This document shows, piece after piece, positions 28,518-38,165 of a stretch of DNA of 64,000 nucleotides. This DNA is from Bacteroidetes bacterium GWF2_38_335 (GTDB lineage Bacteria > Bacteroidota > Bacteroidia > Bacteroidales > GWF2-38-335): contig MEOH01000019.1 of the NCBI GenBank assembly GCA_001769535.1, positions 65,787-129,786 on the forward strand. Reading direction: 5' to 3'. The notes under the pieces are model-generated. The model saw nothing but the letters and a program-made list of their open reading frames with translations, had not been told where the DNA came from and made no database searches. A program made the translations under genes and the position numbers. Positions within the stretch are counted from its first letter, which is position 1. Each line of letters begins with the position of its first letter.

Positions 28518-29390
28518 TTAATAATAAAAATTAACCCCAAACGACAAATCAATTCTTGCCAGGTTTATCTGATCACTGCGGTCGAGTGAATATGTTTGCT
28601 GTATGGATCCATTGGAGATGGTGAGTTCCTTCAGTGTTCCCAATATAATCTTTGAACTGATGCTCAGGGCAAAGTGTTCGCCGGTTAAAAAATTCACACC
28701 GAAACTTGTAGAAAATCCAAGTGTGTTTCCTGTTGCGGAATAGCTGTATAAAAATTTAAAATTGTTGCTGTATTTTAAATAGCCCAGACTCAGGTCAATA
28801 AAATACATAGTCAATCGGTTTTTTGAATAAATCCTGTTAAAAATAGTTGGCCCTACAAACAATATTGTAACATCATCGCTGATGCTTCCTATAACTGTAT
28901 CTCCGTCGCTATTTTCAAAAAGTTGGTTACGCATTTCGTTTTTGGTTTTTAATTTGCATAAGCTTAATCCAACTCCGGTACCTTCTTTAACAAAGTACCC
29001 GGCTTCCAGACCAAAATGATTTCCAGTCTGGAGGTTTTTTTCATATTGTTGCTGAAGGGGGTCCATCGTTTCGTCAATTTTGTTTGTTAATCGACTCATT
29101 CCGTTATAATATGAAAATTTGTAGCTTTGTTTGCTGTAATCCTGTTTTGTTTTTTTTACCGTATTATCAGGGGAATAAGCTCCAAGGAAGTAGTTTTTAA
29201 CCTGTTGTTTAGAAATTATTGATTGATTAAGTTGATTATCCGACCAGATATTAAAGTAAATATTTTCTTTAGTCACCTTAGTGATTTTGCACTTTAGGGA
29301 ATCACCTGCATTTGTTACTATTAAATCTTGTGAAAATAGACTTTGCGCAAATAACAGGATAATGGAGATAATTATTATTTTTTTGCTCAT
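28518..29390 (-). CDS. outer-membrane beta-barrel protein (hypothetical)
   Basis: Signal peptide from the internal Met (MSKKIIIISIILLFAQSLFSQ). Alternating beta-strand pattern and the aromatic C-terminus ...SFGVNFYY. The longer start at 29420 adds 10 non-signal residues. Confidence 0.6.
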   Translation of the reverse strand: MSKKIIIISIILLFAQSLFSQDLIVTNAGDSLKCKITKVTKENIYFNIWSDNQLNQSIISKQQVKNYFLGAYSPDNTVKKTKQDYSKQSYKFSYYNGMSRLTNKIDETMDPLQQQYEKNLQTGNHFGLEAGYFVKEGTGVGLSLCKLKTKNEMRNQLFENSDGDTVIGSISDDVTILFVGPTIFNRIYSKNRLTMYFIDLSLGYLKYSNNFKFLYSYSATGNTLGFSTSFGVNFLTGEHFALSISSKIILGTLKELTISNGSIQQTYSLDRSDQINLARIDLSFGVNFYY

Positions 29391-29418
29391 TTTGACTGAA
29401 TTTACTGTGCAATTATAC

Positions 29419-29450
29419 AAAAAAAAAGCGCAGAATGCGCTTTTTTTTAG
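29419..29450 (-). terminator. rho-independent terminator (A-run / hairpin / T-run, potentially bidirectional)
   Basis: aaaaaaaaagcgca-gaa-tgcgcttttttttag. On the minus strand it directly follows, and overlaps, the TAA of the 29447-31219 gene. Confidence 0.6.
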
Positions 29451-31219
29451 TTCTTTTTATTTGTAATTCCTAAGTCCTTAATAGGAGCTCCAATTCTGGT
29501 CATGGCAATCCTGAAGCCAATTCTGCAACTGCTGCCGCTTTGTGAGCATACTTCTCTTGCTCCGCACTGCATGTAAGCTGGTCCGTTTGCCCATGAGCCT
29601 CCTTTAACAACTCTTCCGTCGGGGTAAGCTTCATTTACCTGTGCATCATGGATTAAATATTTCATGCGTTCGAGCCAGTATTTTTTGTTCAAGGTTTCGG
29701 TGGTATCCATCCTTTCGGCATCATTAAATAATCGTCGGGCTTCATAAAACTTTTTTAGTGCCTGATGTTCATCGTCTGAGCCGCAGATCTTATAAGCGGC
29801 CATTTTATTGGTTTGAGTTGATGTGTCAATATCCCCATCAAGATAGGTAAGGTTATCGGGGTTTGTGTAAGATCTTTCCCAAAGTTTTCTGCCAAGCGTG
29901 TCTTTAATGGAATAGGTAAGTTCAACTTTGGAAGTATCTTTGATTGCAAAAACCTTTCCTGAGTATGATTGATAATCAAATGTTTCAGTAAAATCATCCG
30001 GGCGATAAACATCCATTACCCATTCGGCTACATTGCCGGCCATGTCGTACATTCCATATTTATTAACAGGGAAAGTTTTCACGGGAGCGGTATGAAAGAA
30101 AGCGCCCGGTGAATTCGTTTTCGATTTCTTATTTACATTATTGTCAAAGACATATTCCATACAAGTTTTTATTTCAAATAAATTTTCATCTCTGATTGAA
30201 CCGAAGTTTGCTAGATAAATACCTTTTTCATCAGTAAGATTGTTTGTTCCCCATGGAAATAAATACCTTTTTTCAATGGCATCAGGATCTTTATTGTCAG
30301 GTATGTAGCTGAGAGCGGCATATTCCCATTCTGCTTCGGTTGGTAATCTGAATCTCGGAATCAGAGGACATTCTTCCATGGACAATGCGTCCTCAATACT
30401 GATTTTCATTTCTTTACAAATGGCATCATTTATCATTTTTGTTCTCCATTCGCAGTAAGCCATTGCCTGATGGTATGAAACGCCAACCACAGGGTAATTA
30501 TCATAGCCCGGATGCCAAAAATACATGTTTGTGAGAGGTTCATTAAAACTGTATTCGAATTCATTTGTCCATCTTAGCGTGTCAGGGTAGATGTAAATTG
30601 AAGTAGTATCATTGCGCCAAACTGTTGTGAAAACAATGTTTTTTACATCAAATTCTTTTTTTCTGTAATATCTTCTTTCTTCGGGTACACAAAGTGGTAG
30701 AAGTTTTTTTGCAATCACTGTATCCTTATACATTGCTTCTCTTTTTGTCCAATCGAGCAGTTTTTTTTCTTTGTTTTTGTAAAATGAAGGATCAGATTTT
30801 GCCAGAAAGGTCAGCATTACCGAATCTTTGACCCAGTTGACAAATTCCCGGTATTCTTTATTGGTGACCTCATGGTCAGAGATGTAGTAAGAACTGACAG
30901 TGACCCTTCGGGGTGTATTCCAGGTAATCAGTGATGTGTCCTTTTCAGTGGGGAACATTCCGCTCGTCCTGCCCATTGAAAATGTTCCACCTTCAATCAG
31001 TTTGATCCCTTCCATGTATTTTTTTGCAGATGAGGGAATTTTCATGGGTTTGGATTCAGTAATTTCAAAATCACCATATTCGGGATCGTTGTAATTCCAG
31101 CCGGTTATTTCGGAGGTTTTCTTTTTCTTTTTGTCTTTTTGAGAGTATGAATTTATTGAAAGCAACAATGCAGCAGATAAAAGCATTATTGAAATTCTGT
31201 AAAATTTTCCTGTTTTCAT
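29447..31219 (-). CDS. SUMF1/FGE-sulfatase-domain protein, GldJ-like
   Basis: FGE-type motifs (YDMAGNVAEWVMD, VVKGGSWANGP, RIGFRIAM). Size (590 aa) and N-terminal TGWNYNDPEYGDFE resemble gliding-motility protein GldJ. However, the signal peptide has no lipobox Cys. Confidence 0.65.
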   Translation of the reverse strand: MKTGKFYRISIMLLSAALLLSINSYSQKDKKKKKTSEITGWNYNDPEYGDFEITESKPMKIPSSAKKYMEGIKLIEGGTFSMGRTSGMFPTEKDTSLITWNTPRRVTVSSYYISDHEVTNKEYREFVNWVKDSVMLTFLAKSDPSFYKNKEKKLLDWTKREAMYKDTVIAKKLLPLCVPEERRYYRKKEFDVKNIVFTTVWRNDTTSIYIYPDTLRWTNEFEYSFNEPLTNMYFWHPGYDNYPVVGVSYHQAMAYCEWRTKMINDAICKEMKISIEDALSMEECPLIPRFRLPTEAEWEYAALSYIPDNKDPDAIEKRYLFPWGTNNLTDEKGIYLANFGSIRDENLFEIKTCMEYVFDNNVNKKSKTNSPGAFFHTAPVKTFPVNKYGMYDMAGNVAEWVMDVYRPDDFTETFDYQSYSGKVFAIKDTSKVELTYSIKDTLGRKLWERSYTNPDNLTYLDGDIDTSTQTNKMAAYKICGSDDEHQALKKFYEARRLFNDAERMDTTETLNKKYWLERMKYLIHDAQVNEAYPDGRVVKGGSWANGPAYMQCGAREVCSQSGSSCRIGFRIAMTRIGAPIKDLGITNKKN

Positions 31220-31319
31220 AATTTCTGATTAAAACAACATTGTTTATTAGATGGCTAAAGATAGTAAATAAATAGTAAACTCTTTTTTTGATAATTGGAA
31301 AAATTCATATATTTTTGAT

Positions 31320-31327
31320 TATAAATA
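31320..31327 (+). promoter_or_regulatory. candidate -7 box (TATTTTTG)
   Basis: Matches TAnnTTTG, 16 nt upstream of the ATG at 31343. Confidence 0.3.
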
Positions 31328-31342
31328 ATAAGCACTCAAATT

Positions 31343-32140
31343 ATGAAAAATTTATTTACAATTTCAATAGTTTTATTGTTACCGGTAATTTTATTTTCCC
31401 AAACCGATTACCGCGTTATCAAAGTAAACGGAACAATAACAATTGAAAGTTCGGGAAAGAACCTGGCAACCGGACTGACTTTTTCTGACAAGGAAAATTT
31501 ACTTTTTAAACAGTCAACAGCCCAGGCAGCCGTAATCAATGGCCAGAAAGGCAGATTTGTTATTACTCCCTCCAATAAAGAGGATCTTATGGCCTCAAAA
31601 TCAAATTATATTCCAGGCCTCAGCAATATTTCTTCCCGCGCTGGATCTTCATCATCCCTGAAAAATGTGGTGGATATTAAAAATTACTTCTTTGGGAAAT
31701 TTGTGATTTTTGATATGACCAGAATTGTTATATCCTCAGATGATTATCCCATGAACGAAGTCAACTATTTTTACCTCAGATACAAATATAACAATGAAAA
31801 TATTCCAAAAAAACTTACACTTTCCGGTGATACCATTATTATTGACAGGAATTCGCTGCTCTCTATTGATGGAAACCCCATTTCGGCCAATGAGGTAACT
31901 GAAATTTCTCTGATGTATTTCAATGGTGAAAAGAAAACTTCTACTTTTATTACCTCCTTTGAACCGGTTTTCACCGATGATGCCGTTAAAGAAGAAATCA
32001 AAGTGATTCTTGATGAAATGAAAAACGAAACTTACAGCAAAAAATTCGACTCGATTATTGCCTATCTCAATGAGTTTTACGGCAAGCCCGATAAGGAAAA
32101 TTTAAAGGAATGGCTTAAAGTCAATTTCGGACTTAAATAA
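31343..32140 (+). CDS. hypothetical exported protein
   Basis: Clean 265-aa ORF with a signal peptide (ISIVLLLPVILFSQ). No recognisable domain. Confidence 0.55.
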   Translation: MKNLFTISIVLLLPVILFSQTDYRVIKVNGTITIESSGKNLATGLTFSDKENLLFKQSTAQAAVINGQKGRFVITPSNKEDLMASKSNYIPGLSNISSRAGSSSSLKNVVDIKNYFFGKFVIFDMTRIVISSDDYPMNEVNYFYLRYKYNNENIPKKLTLSGDTIIIDRNSLLSIDGNPISANEVTEISLMYFNGEKKTSTFITSFEPVFTDDAVKEEIKVILDEMKNETYSKKFDSIIAYLNEFYGKPDKENLKEWLKVNFGLK

Positions 32141-32178
32141 TTTTAATTGCTTAACAACAGCTACTTAATCCTTTTAAA

Positions 32179-35100
32179 ATGAGGTGTATTTTATTTGTTT
32201 TTTTGTTAGGCGCATTTGTTGCCAAATCGCAATATGTTATTTATCCTGCTCACAATTACACCTCTAAAGATTACGGCAAGTACATCGAAGCAACTATTTG
32301 GTGCGCTGATCAAAACAAACAGGGAGTGATGTTTTTCGGTACAGCCAACTTTGTTCTGAAATTTGATGGGTCTACCTGGGAAAAGATAAAAATTAAAGAT
32401 AACACCTGGATTACCTCTATTGCAATTGATGAGAAAGGAATTCCATGGATCGGCGGCGAAAATGAATTTGGTTGTCTGATTCCTACATCCAATGGTTTTT
32501 TTAAATATCTTTCTCTTTCCGATAAAATCGATAAAAAGAAGACACCTGTAAATGTGGTATGGAAAATTCATATCATTGATGGAACTGTATATTTTCAATC
32601 AGAATCAGGGGTTTTTGTTTACAAAGACTCAAAACTTTCTACAATCCTTCCCAAAAAATCATTTCATCTGTCCTTTTTGGTTGACAAAAATCTATATGTA
32701 AGGGAAAGGGAAACCGGCTTGCTAAAGATAAACAACGGTAGAACCGAGCTCGTCGATAGGGACAGTATTTTTAAAGATCAGGGGATTTTTTCCATGTTAA
32801 GGGTAAATAGTAAATCAGTTTATATTTTTACCCAATTTGAGGGTATATGGAAAATGTCATTACCTGATTTTAAGTTTGAGAAAATTGTCAGTCCAAATAC
32901 CGAAATTCTTAATAATTATGCAATCAGCGGCGCTCGATTGCTCAGGGATGGCAATATTGCTGTTTTTACACTTGATAAAGGTGTCTTTATTATTGACCAG
33001 AATTTTAATATTATTGCAAACAGTAATAACAAAAACGGACTGTTGGTTAATGGCATCAAAGATGTTATTCAGGATTCATTTGATAACCTTTGGCTTGCCA
33101 CTGACAATGGGACTTGTCACCTTGAATATTCATCTCCTTTTTCGGATTACAATGATGCCGGAATTACAGGAAATGTAAATGATATTGTGAATTTTAAAGG
33201 CAGGTTTTTTGCTGCTACATCCGACGGTGTTTTTATTCAGAATGATATTAGAGATAATGATTTTTTTGTCAGGTTTTCAAGAATTGAAACCATTCATAAG
33301 AAAGCAAATTGTTTCATCCCGGTCGGCGATGAACTTCTTATCGGGTCTGATGAAGGATTGTACTCCTATGATGGGAATTTAAAACTGGTTATTGAACGGA
33401 TTAACTGCCAGTCGATTGCATATTCTCAAAAACTTAATAAACTATTTGTAGCCGGGGTTCACGGAATCAAAGCTTATGTGAAAAATGGAACTTGGGTTTT
33501 GTCAGATAACTTTTTGGAAGTTAAAGACATAATCACCAAAATTGTGGTTGATGAGAGTGATGAAAAAGTATATGTCTGGGCTGGAACAAAAAATGTAAAT
33601 GTTTATGTTCTGTCATTTCAAAATGGTTCAATCGAAAGAGTAGCCAAATACGACAATAACTTTTTTCTTCCCGAAAAAGGTTGGGCCGAACCATTTATTT
33701 CAGGTGATTCTGTCCTTGTTTGTACTCAATTTGGTTTGTATGCATCTGAATTTGTTGATGACCCTGAATTCCCTGACTTTTATTTTAACAAGGTTGAATC
33801 AATTAGTGGCAAGAAAATAAATAAAAGAATTAATAAAATTTCAGATACAAAGGAAAGATTGTACATATACATGGATGGCGATTTGGGATTTTTCGATAAA
33901 AGAAATAATCTGAAATATGTTTCCAAAACATTCTTAAATGTTGATGTCGGAAGGGTTAATGCCATATACCACGAAAACGATTCGGTGTCCTGGATCGGTG
34001 GAAATGATGGTATCAGGATTATTCGGTATAATGAGAAAATAGTAAAAAAATATAATTTCAAATATCCTACTCTCATCAGCAGAGTTGTGGTTAAAGGTGA
34101 TACCGATTACACTCTCTTTAATGGCATTTTCTATACTTTTGAGATCAATGGAGAGGATACTGTTTTCTCAATAGTGGATGCACAGCCAGAAATAATGAAA
34201 CCTGTGCTGAGTTACAATGAAAATAGTCTGACTTTTTATTTCAGCGCACCATTTTACGAAGGAAATGGAAAGATGCTTTATCAGTATAAGCTTGAAGGAC
34301 CTACAGAGGATTTATCTGATTGGAGCTACGACCGAAAAGCGCCATTCATAAATCTTTTTGAAGGTGATTATACTTTCACAGTAAAAGCAAAAAATGTTTA
34401 CGGTGTTGAAAGTGAAATATGTTCCTATTCATTTACCATTCTGCCTCCATGGTATCGTACCTGGTGGGCTTACACTATTTATGTGATTTCTCTTATCCTG
34501 CTGGTTATTGTTGTTATCAGAATTTACAGCTACCGTCTTAAACAGGAAAATATCAAACTCGAAAGAATCGTTAAAGAACGTACCTTCGAAATTGAACAAC
34601 AAAAGGAGGAAATTACTGCACAGCGTGATGAGATTGAAGATCAGCACAAGATTTTGTCTGTTCAGAAAGATGAACTTGAAGAAATTCACGGCGAACTTAC
34701 CGACAGCATAAATTATGCAAAACGCATACAAAATGCCATCCTTCCTTCCGAAGAAATTCTGAAAACCGGTTTTCCCGATTTCTTTATCGTATATAAACCC
34801 CGTGATGTGGTCAGTGGTGATTTTTACTGGGCTGTTCAGCTGGGTGACAAAACTATTGTGGTTGTTGCTGACTGCACCGGACATGGTGTTCCGGGCGCAT
34901 TCATGAGCATGCTGGGAACGGCATTTCTTAATGAAATTATTGCAAACGCAAATATTACTTCTCCTGCCGAAATCATGAACCGACTGAGAAATGAAGTGAT
35001 TAAAGCATTGAAGCAAAACAATATTGACCGCACGCAGATGAAGGACGGAATGGACATGGTAATGATTTGCTTTGACCGATCAACTATGACCGTTGAATTT

Positions 35101-35487
35101 GCCGGCGCCAACAATCCTTTGTATGTTTTCAATGCGCCCGGTCAGGAATCTGATGAATTCGGACTCATGGAAATTAAAGGTGATAAAATGCCTATTGCTA
35201 TTTATGATAAAATGGACTCCTTCGTGAACCACAGCATCAAAGTACAGCCAGGTACCTGCATTTACATGCAAACCGATGGATATGCCGACCAGTTTGGTGG
35301 CGAAGCAGGAAAAAAATATAAGTATAAACCGCTTAAACAAATGCTCAGCCAGATTCATGAAAAGCCCATGGATGAACAGAAAATCATCATTGAAAATGCA
35401 TATAATGAATGGGTCGGATTGGATGGAAAATCTAACAGGAAATATGCACAGGTTGATGATATAACCCTGGTGGGAATCAGGATTTGA
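32179..35487 (+). CDS. two-component-regulator propeller + Y_Y_Y sensor fused to SpoIIE/PP2C-type phosphatase
   Basis: Long periplasmic Reg_prop-type propeller region and a Y_Y_Y domain (YQYKLEGPTEDLSDWSY...GDYTFTVKAKNVYG). TM helix (AYTIYVISLILLVIVVI) and a heptad coiled coil (AQRDEIEDQHKILSVQKDELE). PP2C/SpoIIE motifs are present (VSGDFYW...VADCTGHGVPGAFMSMLG...DGMDM...TDGYADQFG...DDITLVGIRI). Confidence 0.85.
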   Translation: MRCILFVFLLGAFVAKSQYVIYPAHNYTSKDYGKYIEATIWCADQNKQGVMFFGTANFVLKFDGSTWEKIKIKDNTWITSIAIDEKGIPWIGGENEFGCLIPTSNGFFKYLSLSDKIDKKKTPVNVVWKIHIIDGTVYFQSESGVFVYKDSKLSTILPKKSFHLSFLVDKNLYVRERETGLLKINNGRTELVDRDSIFKDQGIFSMLRVNSKSVYIFTQFEGIWKMSLPDFKFEKIVSPNTEILNNYAISGARLLRDGNIAVFTLDKGVFIIDQNFNIIANSNNKNGLLVNGIKDVIQDSFDNLWLATDNGTCHLEYSSPFSDYNDAGITGNVNDIVNFKGRFFAATSDGVFIQNDIRDNDFFVRFSRIETIHKKANCFIPVGDELLIGSDEGLYSYDGNLKLVIERINCQSIAYSQKLNKLFVAGVHGIKAYVKNGTWVLSDNFLEVKDIITKIVVDESDEKVYVWAGTKNVNVYVLSFQNGSIERVAKYDNNFFLPEKGWAEPFISGDSVLVCTQFGLYASEFVDDPEFPDFYFNKVESISGKKINKRINKISDTKERLYIYMDGDLGFFDKRNNLKYVSKTFLNVDVGRVNAIYHENDSVSWIGGNDGIRIIRYNEKIVKKYNFKYPTLISRVVVKGDTDYTLFNGIFYTFEINGEDTVFSIVDAQPEIMKPVLSYNENSLTFYFSAPFYEGNGKMLYQYKLEGPTEDLSDWSYDRKAPFINLFEGDYTFTVKAKNVYGVESEICSYSFTILPPWYRTWWAYTIYVISLILLVIVVIRIYSYRLKQENIKLERIVKERTFEIEQQKEEITAQRDEIEDQHKILSVQKDELEEIHGELTDSINYAKRIQNAILPSEEILKTGFPDFFIVYKPRDVVSGDFYWAVQLGDKTIVVVADCTGHGVPGAFMSMLGTAFLNEIIANANITSPAEIMNRLRNEVIKALKQNNIDRTQMKDGMDMVMICFDRSTMTVEFAGANNPLYVFNAPGQESDEFGLMEIKGDKMPIAIYDKMDSFVNHSIKVQPGTCIYMQTDGYADQFGGEAGKKYKYKPLKQMLSQIHEKPMDEQKIIIENAYNEWVGLDGKSNRKYAQVDDITLVGIRI

Positions 35488-35492
35488 TGGTT

Positions 35493-35530
35493 GCGACGTA
35501 GATACAGGTTGCAACCTGTCTCTACATCGC
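35493..35530. repeat. 38-bp GTAG-type palindrome filling the gap between convergent genes
   Basis: gcgacGTAGAtACAGGTTGCAACCTGTcTCTACatcgc has only two non-Watson-Crick positions. It shares the GTAGAGAC/GTCTCTAC ends with the REPs at 28423-28501. Confidence 0.6.
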
Positions 35531-38116
35531 CTACCTTACAACAACCTCATCGCAAAACATCCAGCATTTATTTCCTTTGCCGTAATGCCATGGTGGACAG
35601 ATTTTTACTCCGGTTGCTTTTATTTTCACATATCTGGCTTCTGCTGAAATATTGCACTTGAAATCCTTTAGTTCAATAATTATTTCTTTGCCCGGATTTT
35701 TTGTAGAATAATTTTCTTCCCCTGATTTCTTGAAATTTTTACCATCGGTTGAGGTGAAAAATTCAACTTTTTCGGGATAAAAAATCCAGTCGTTCGGCGA
35801 ATTCAGAAACCCTGCAGATATTTCTTTAATCTGAGTGTTTTTTTGCAGATCAATAACTGCTTCCATATCTGTTCCTTCATAACCCTGCCAGCTTCCTGAT
35901 GAGTAGTTATAGTCGCCTCTGATGCCATCTGTAAGTGCGTTTTTCCCCGAAGCCGGATATTTTGAGTTGAAAGGGTAGGAGAGGGTTATGTCTTTTCCTG
36001 TGGCCTGGTGACTGACTTTCATATCTCCATATGTTTTCTGCATTTTGTAAATGACCATTTTATTTTTTATACCCGAATTGTAATCTTTCAATGAATTCAT
36101 TTTTATTGAAACTTTGTTTTCCAAAGGTTCAATAATCATGGCATGTCCGCCAGCTTTTGCACAGGCAGCATAAATGGTGTCTTTTGAAGTTGTTTCAAGA
36201 TGAATTTCTTCAAAAATTTCCGGGTTTGTTTGCCAGTCTGTTTGCTCCGAATCCCCGAAAATGGTAACATGATAACTTTTGCCCTTTTCAAGAAATGAAA
36301 GCGGAATCTTTACCAGATGACAGTTTTCATCCGAAACGGTGCCTACAAACCATCTGTTACCTTTGCGCCGGGCAATGGTCACAAAATCGCCTAATTTTGC
36401 ATCAATTACCTTTGTCTCGTCCCAAACCGGAGGCAATTCTTCAACGAATTTCATGGCCGGATGTCCTTCGTAATTTTCAATCATATCGGCTGCCATCATA
36501 ACCGGACTGTAAAACACGACAAACAGCGCCAGTTCGTGCGAGAAAGTGCAGTACAACCGCTTGTTTTTTTCGGGTGAATGGTTGATTTTGAAAATGCCCG
36601 GAGTATAGTCATACGGTCCGGCTAAAAAGCGGGTAAATGGCAAAATGGTGGAATGATAAGGCGGAGTGGCTTTATAGGTGCCATTCCATTCATTGCCCCG
36701 TGCTGCTTCCTGTGATAACAGATTTGGCCATGTGCGATCCAATCCGGTGGGTTTGATGCTTTCGTGCGGATTTATGGCAACGTGATATTTTGCTGCAGTT
36801 TCAACTACTTTCTGAAAATGCCTTACCATGTATTGCCCGTGGTGGTGCTGGCCGGTGGGGATAATTGGTCCGGCATAACCCGTTTTCAGTGAAATGATTC
36901 CCAGTTTTTGGCATAAGGCCATAGCGCTGTCAAGCTGTTTTTCATACTCCGGAATGTTTCCTCCCGTTTCATGATGAGAGATAAACTCAACACCTTTTTC
37001 TTTTCCATATTTCACAACTTCCTTAAGATCGAAATCGGGGTAAGGCGTACAAAAATCCTGAACGGGTTTTACTCCGGATGCCCATGTTTCCCAGCCAAGG
37101 TTCCATCCTTCTGCCAAAAAACCCTCAATTTTATGTTTTGCTGCAAAATCAATATATTTTTTTGCTCTTTCGGTTGTTGCGCCGTGGTTCGGACCGGCAT
37201 ACCAAGTGTATTTTCCCAGATGCATTCCCCACCAGATTCCCACAAATTTCATGGGTTTGATCCATGAAACATCTTTTATTTTGCAGGGTTCGTTGAGGTT
37301 GCGAACCAGATTTGATTCAATCAATCCGCCCGCCCGCTCCGAAATCAAAATACACCTCCAGGGTGTTTTAAAGGGCGCTTTCACCCGTGAACAAACTCCG
37401 TCGGGCCATGGCCACAATGAGGAAACAAAAGCATTTATACGGGTAGAATCTTTTCTTAAAACCATTTCAGAATAATCAAGCAATGCGGCTTCATGAATAC
37501 TCAGAAACATTCCGTTTGAGGTTTCAATGGTCATGGGCGTATTGGCATCTGAAATTTCGTTAAGTGCATTGTGTCTGTAAAGAGATTCATAGGCAAATTC
37601 GTCACTGGGAATCCACCAGGCGCTGTCCCCCTTATTGAGTTCAAACTTTGTTTTTTCAGCAGTAATCAGGATGCTGTCTTTCCAAGATTCCTCAGGAAAA
37701 CCGTACCTGAAACCAATTCCGTCATCATAAACTCTGACGATGAAATCAATGCTTCGACCATTTTCAATGTTTTCCTTTAAAGTAATTACAGCTTCCTTAT
37801 AATGGTTTCTAATGGTTGAAAAAGTTCCGCAAACCGGAGTCCATTTTTCATCAACGGAAGATTCTTTGATTTCAGAAATATTCAAATCGGTTTCAAAAGG
37901 TTTTTGACCTCTGAATTCAAAGGAAAACCCTGATTTTTTCACAAGTTCTTTCTCTCCATAAAAAACCTGATAAAAAGGTTTGCCATTTTCAATGGAGATA
38001 GTGAATTTTATGTTCCCGTCGGGAGAGGAAACAGTTTTGGAATTTATTGCACCATCATTATTCGTGCTGCAGGATGCAATGATAATTAGTGTAAAAAAAA
38101 ACAGTAAATATTTCAT
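35531..38116 (-). CDS. glycoside hydrolase family 97 (SusB-like alpha-glucosidase/galactosidase) lipoprotein with C-terminal F5/8 type C (discoidin) domain
   Basis: GH97-type motifs (FVGIWWGMHLGKYTW, HGATTERAKKYIDFAAKHKIEGFLAEGWNLGWE, ISHHETGG). C-terminal discoidin-like region (ALTDGIRGDYNYSSGSWQGYEG...ARYVKIKA). Start taken at ATG 38116 (MKYLLFFFTLIIIASC lipobox). The longer ORF start at 38236 would read through heptamer repeats. Confidence 0.8.
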   Translation of the reverse strand: MKYLLFFFTLIIIASCSTNNDGAINSKTVSSPDGNIKFTISIENGKPFYQVFYGEKELVKKSGFSFEFRGQKPFETDLNISEIKESSVDEKWTPVCGTFSTIRNHYKEAVITLKENIENGRSIDFIVRVYDDGIGFRYGFPEESWKDSILITAEKTKFELNKGDSAWWIPSDEFAYESLYRHNALNEISDANTPMTIETSNGMFLSIHEAALLDYSEMVLRKDSTRINAFVSSLWPWPDGVCSRVKAPFKTPWRCILISERAGGLIESNLVRNLNEPCKIKDVSWIKPMKFVGIWWGMHLGKYTWYAGPNHGATTERAKKYIDFAAKHKIEGFLAEGWNLGWETWASGVKPVQDFCTPYPDFDLKEVVKYGKEKGVEFISHHETGGNIPEYEKQLDSAMALCQKLGIISLKTGYAGPIIPTGQHHHGQYMVRHFQKVVETAAKYHVAINPHESIKPTGLDRTWPNLLSQEAARGNEWNGTYKATPPYHSTILPFTRFLAGPYDYTPGIFKINHSPEKNKRLYCTFSHELALFVVFYSPVMMAADMIENYEGHPAMKFVEELPPVWDETKVIDAKLGDFVTIARRKGNRWFVGTVSDENCHLVKIPLSFLEKGKSYHVTIFGDSEQTDWQTNPEIFEEIHLETTSKDTIYAACAKAGGHAMIIEPLENKVSIKMNSLKDYNSGIKNKMVIYKMQKTYGDMKVSHQATGKDITLSYPFNSKYPASGKNALTDGIRGDYNYSSGSWQGYEGTDMEAVIDLQKNTQIKEISAGFLNSPNDWIFYPEKVEFFTSTDGKNFKKSGEENYSTKNPGKEIIIELKDFKCNISAEARYVKIKATGVKICPPWHYGKGNKCWMFCDEVVVR

Positions 38117-38165
38117 TTGTTTTTTGTTTTGGTAAAGATATAAAAAAAGTGGAAAATGGTGGTGA

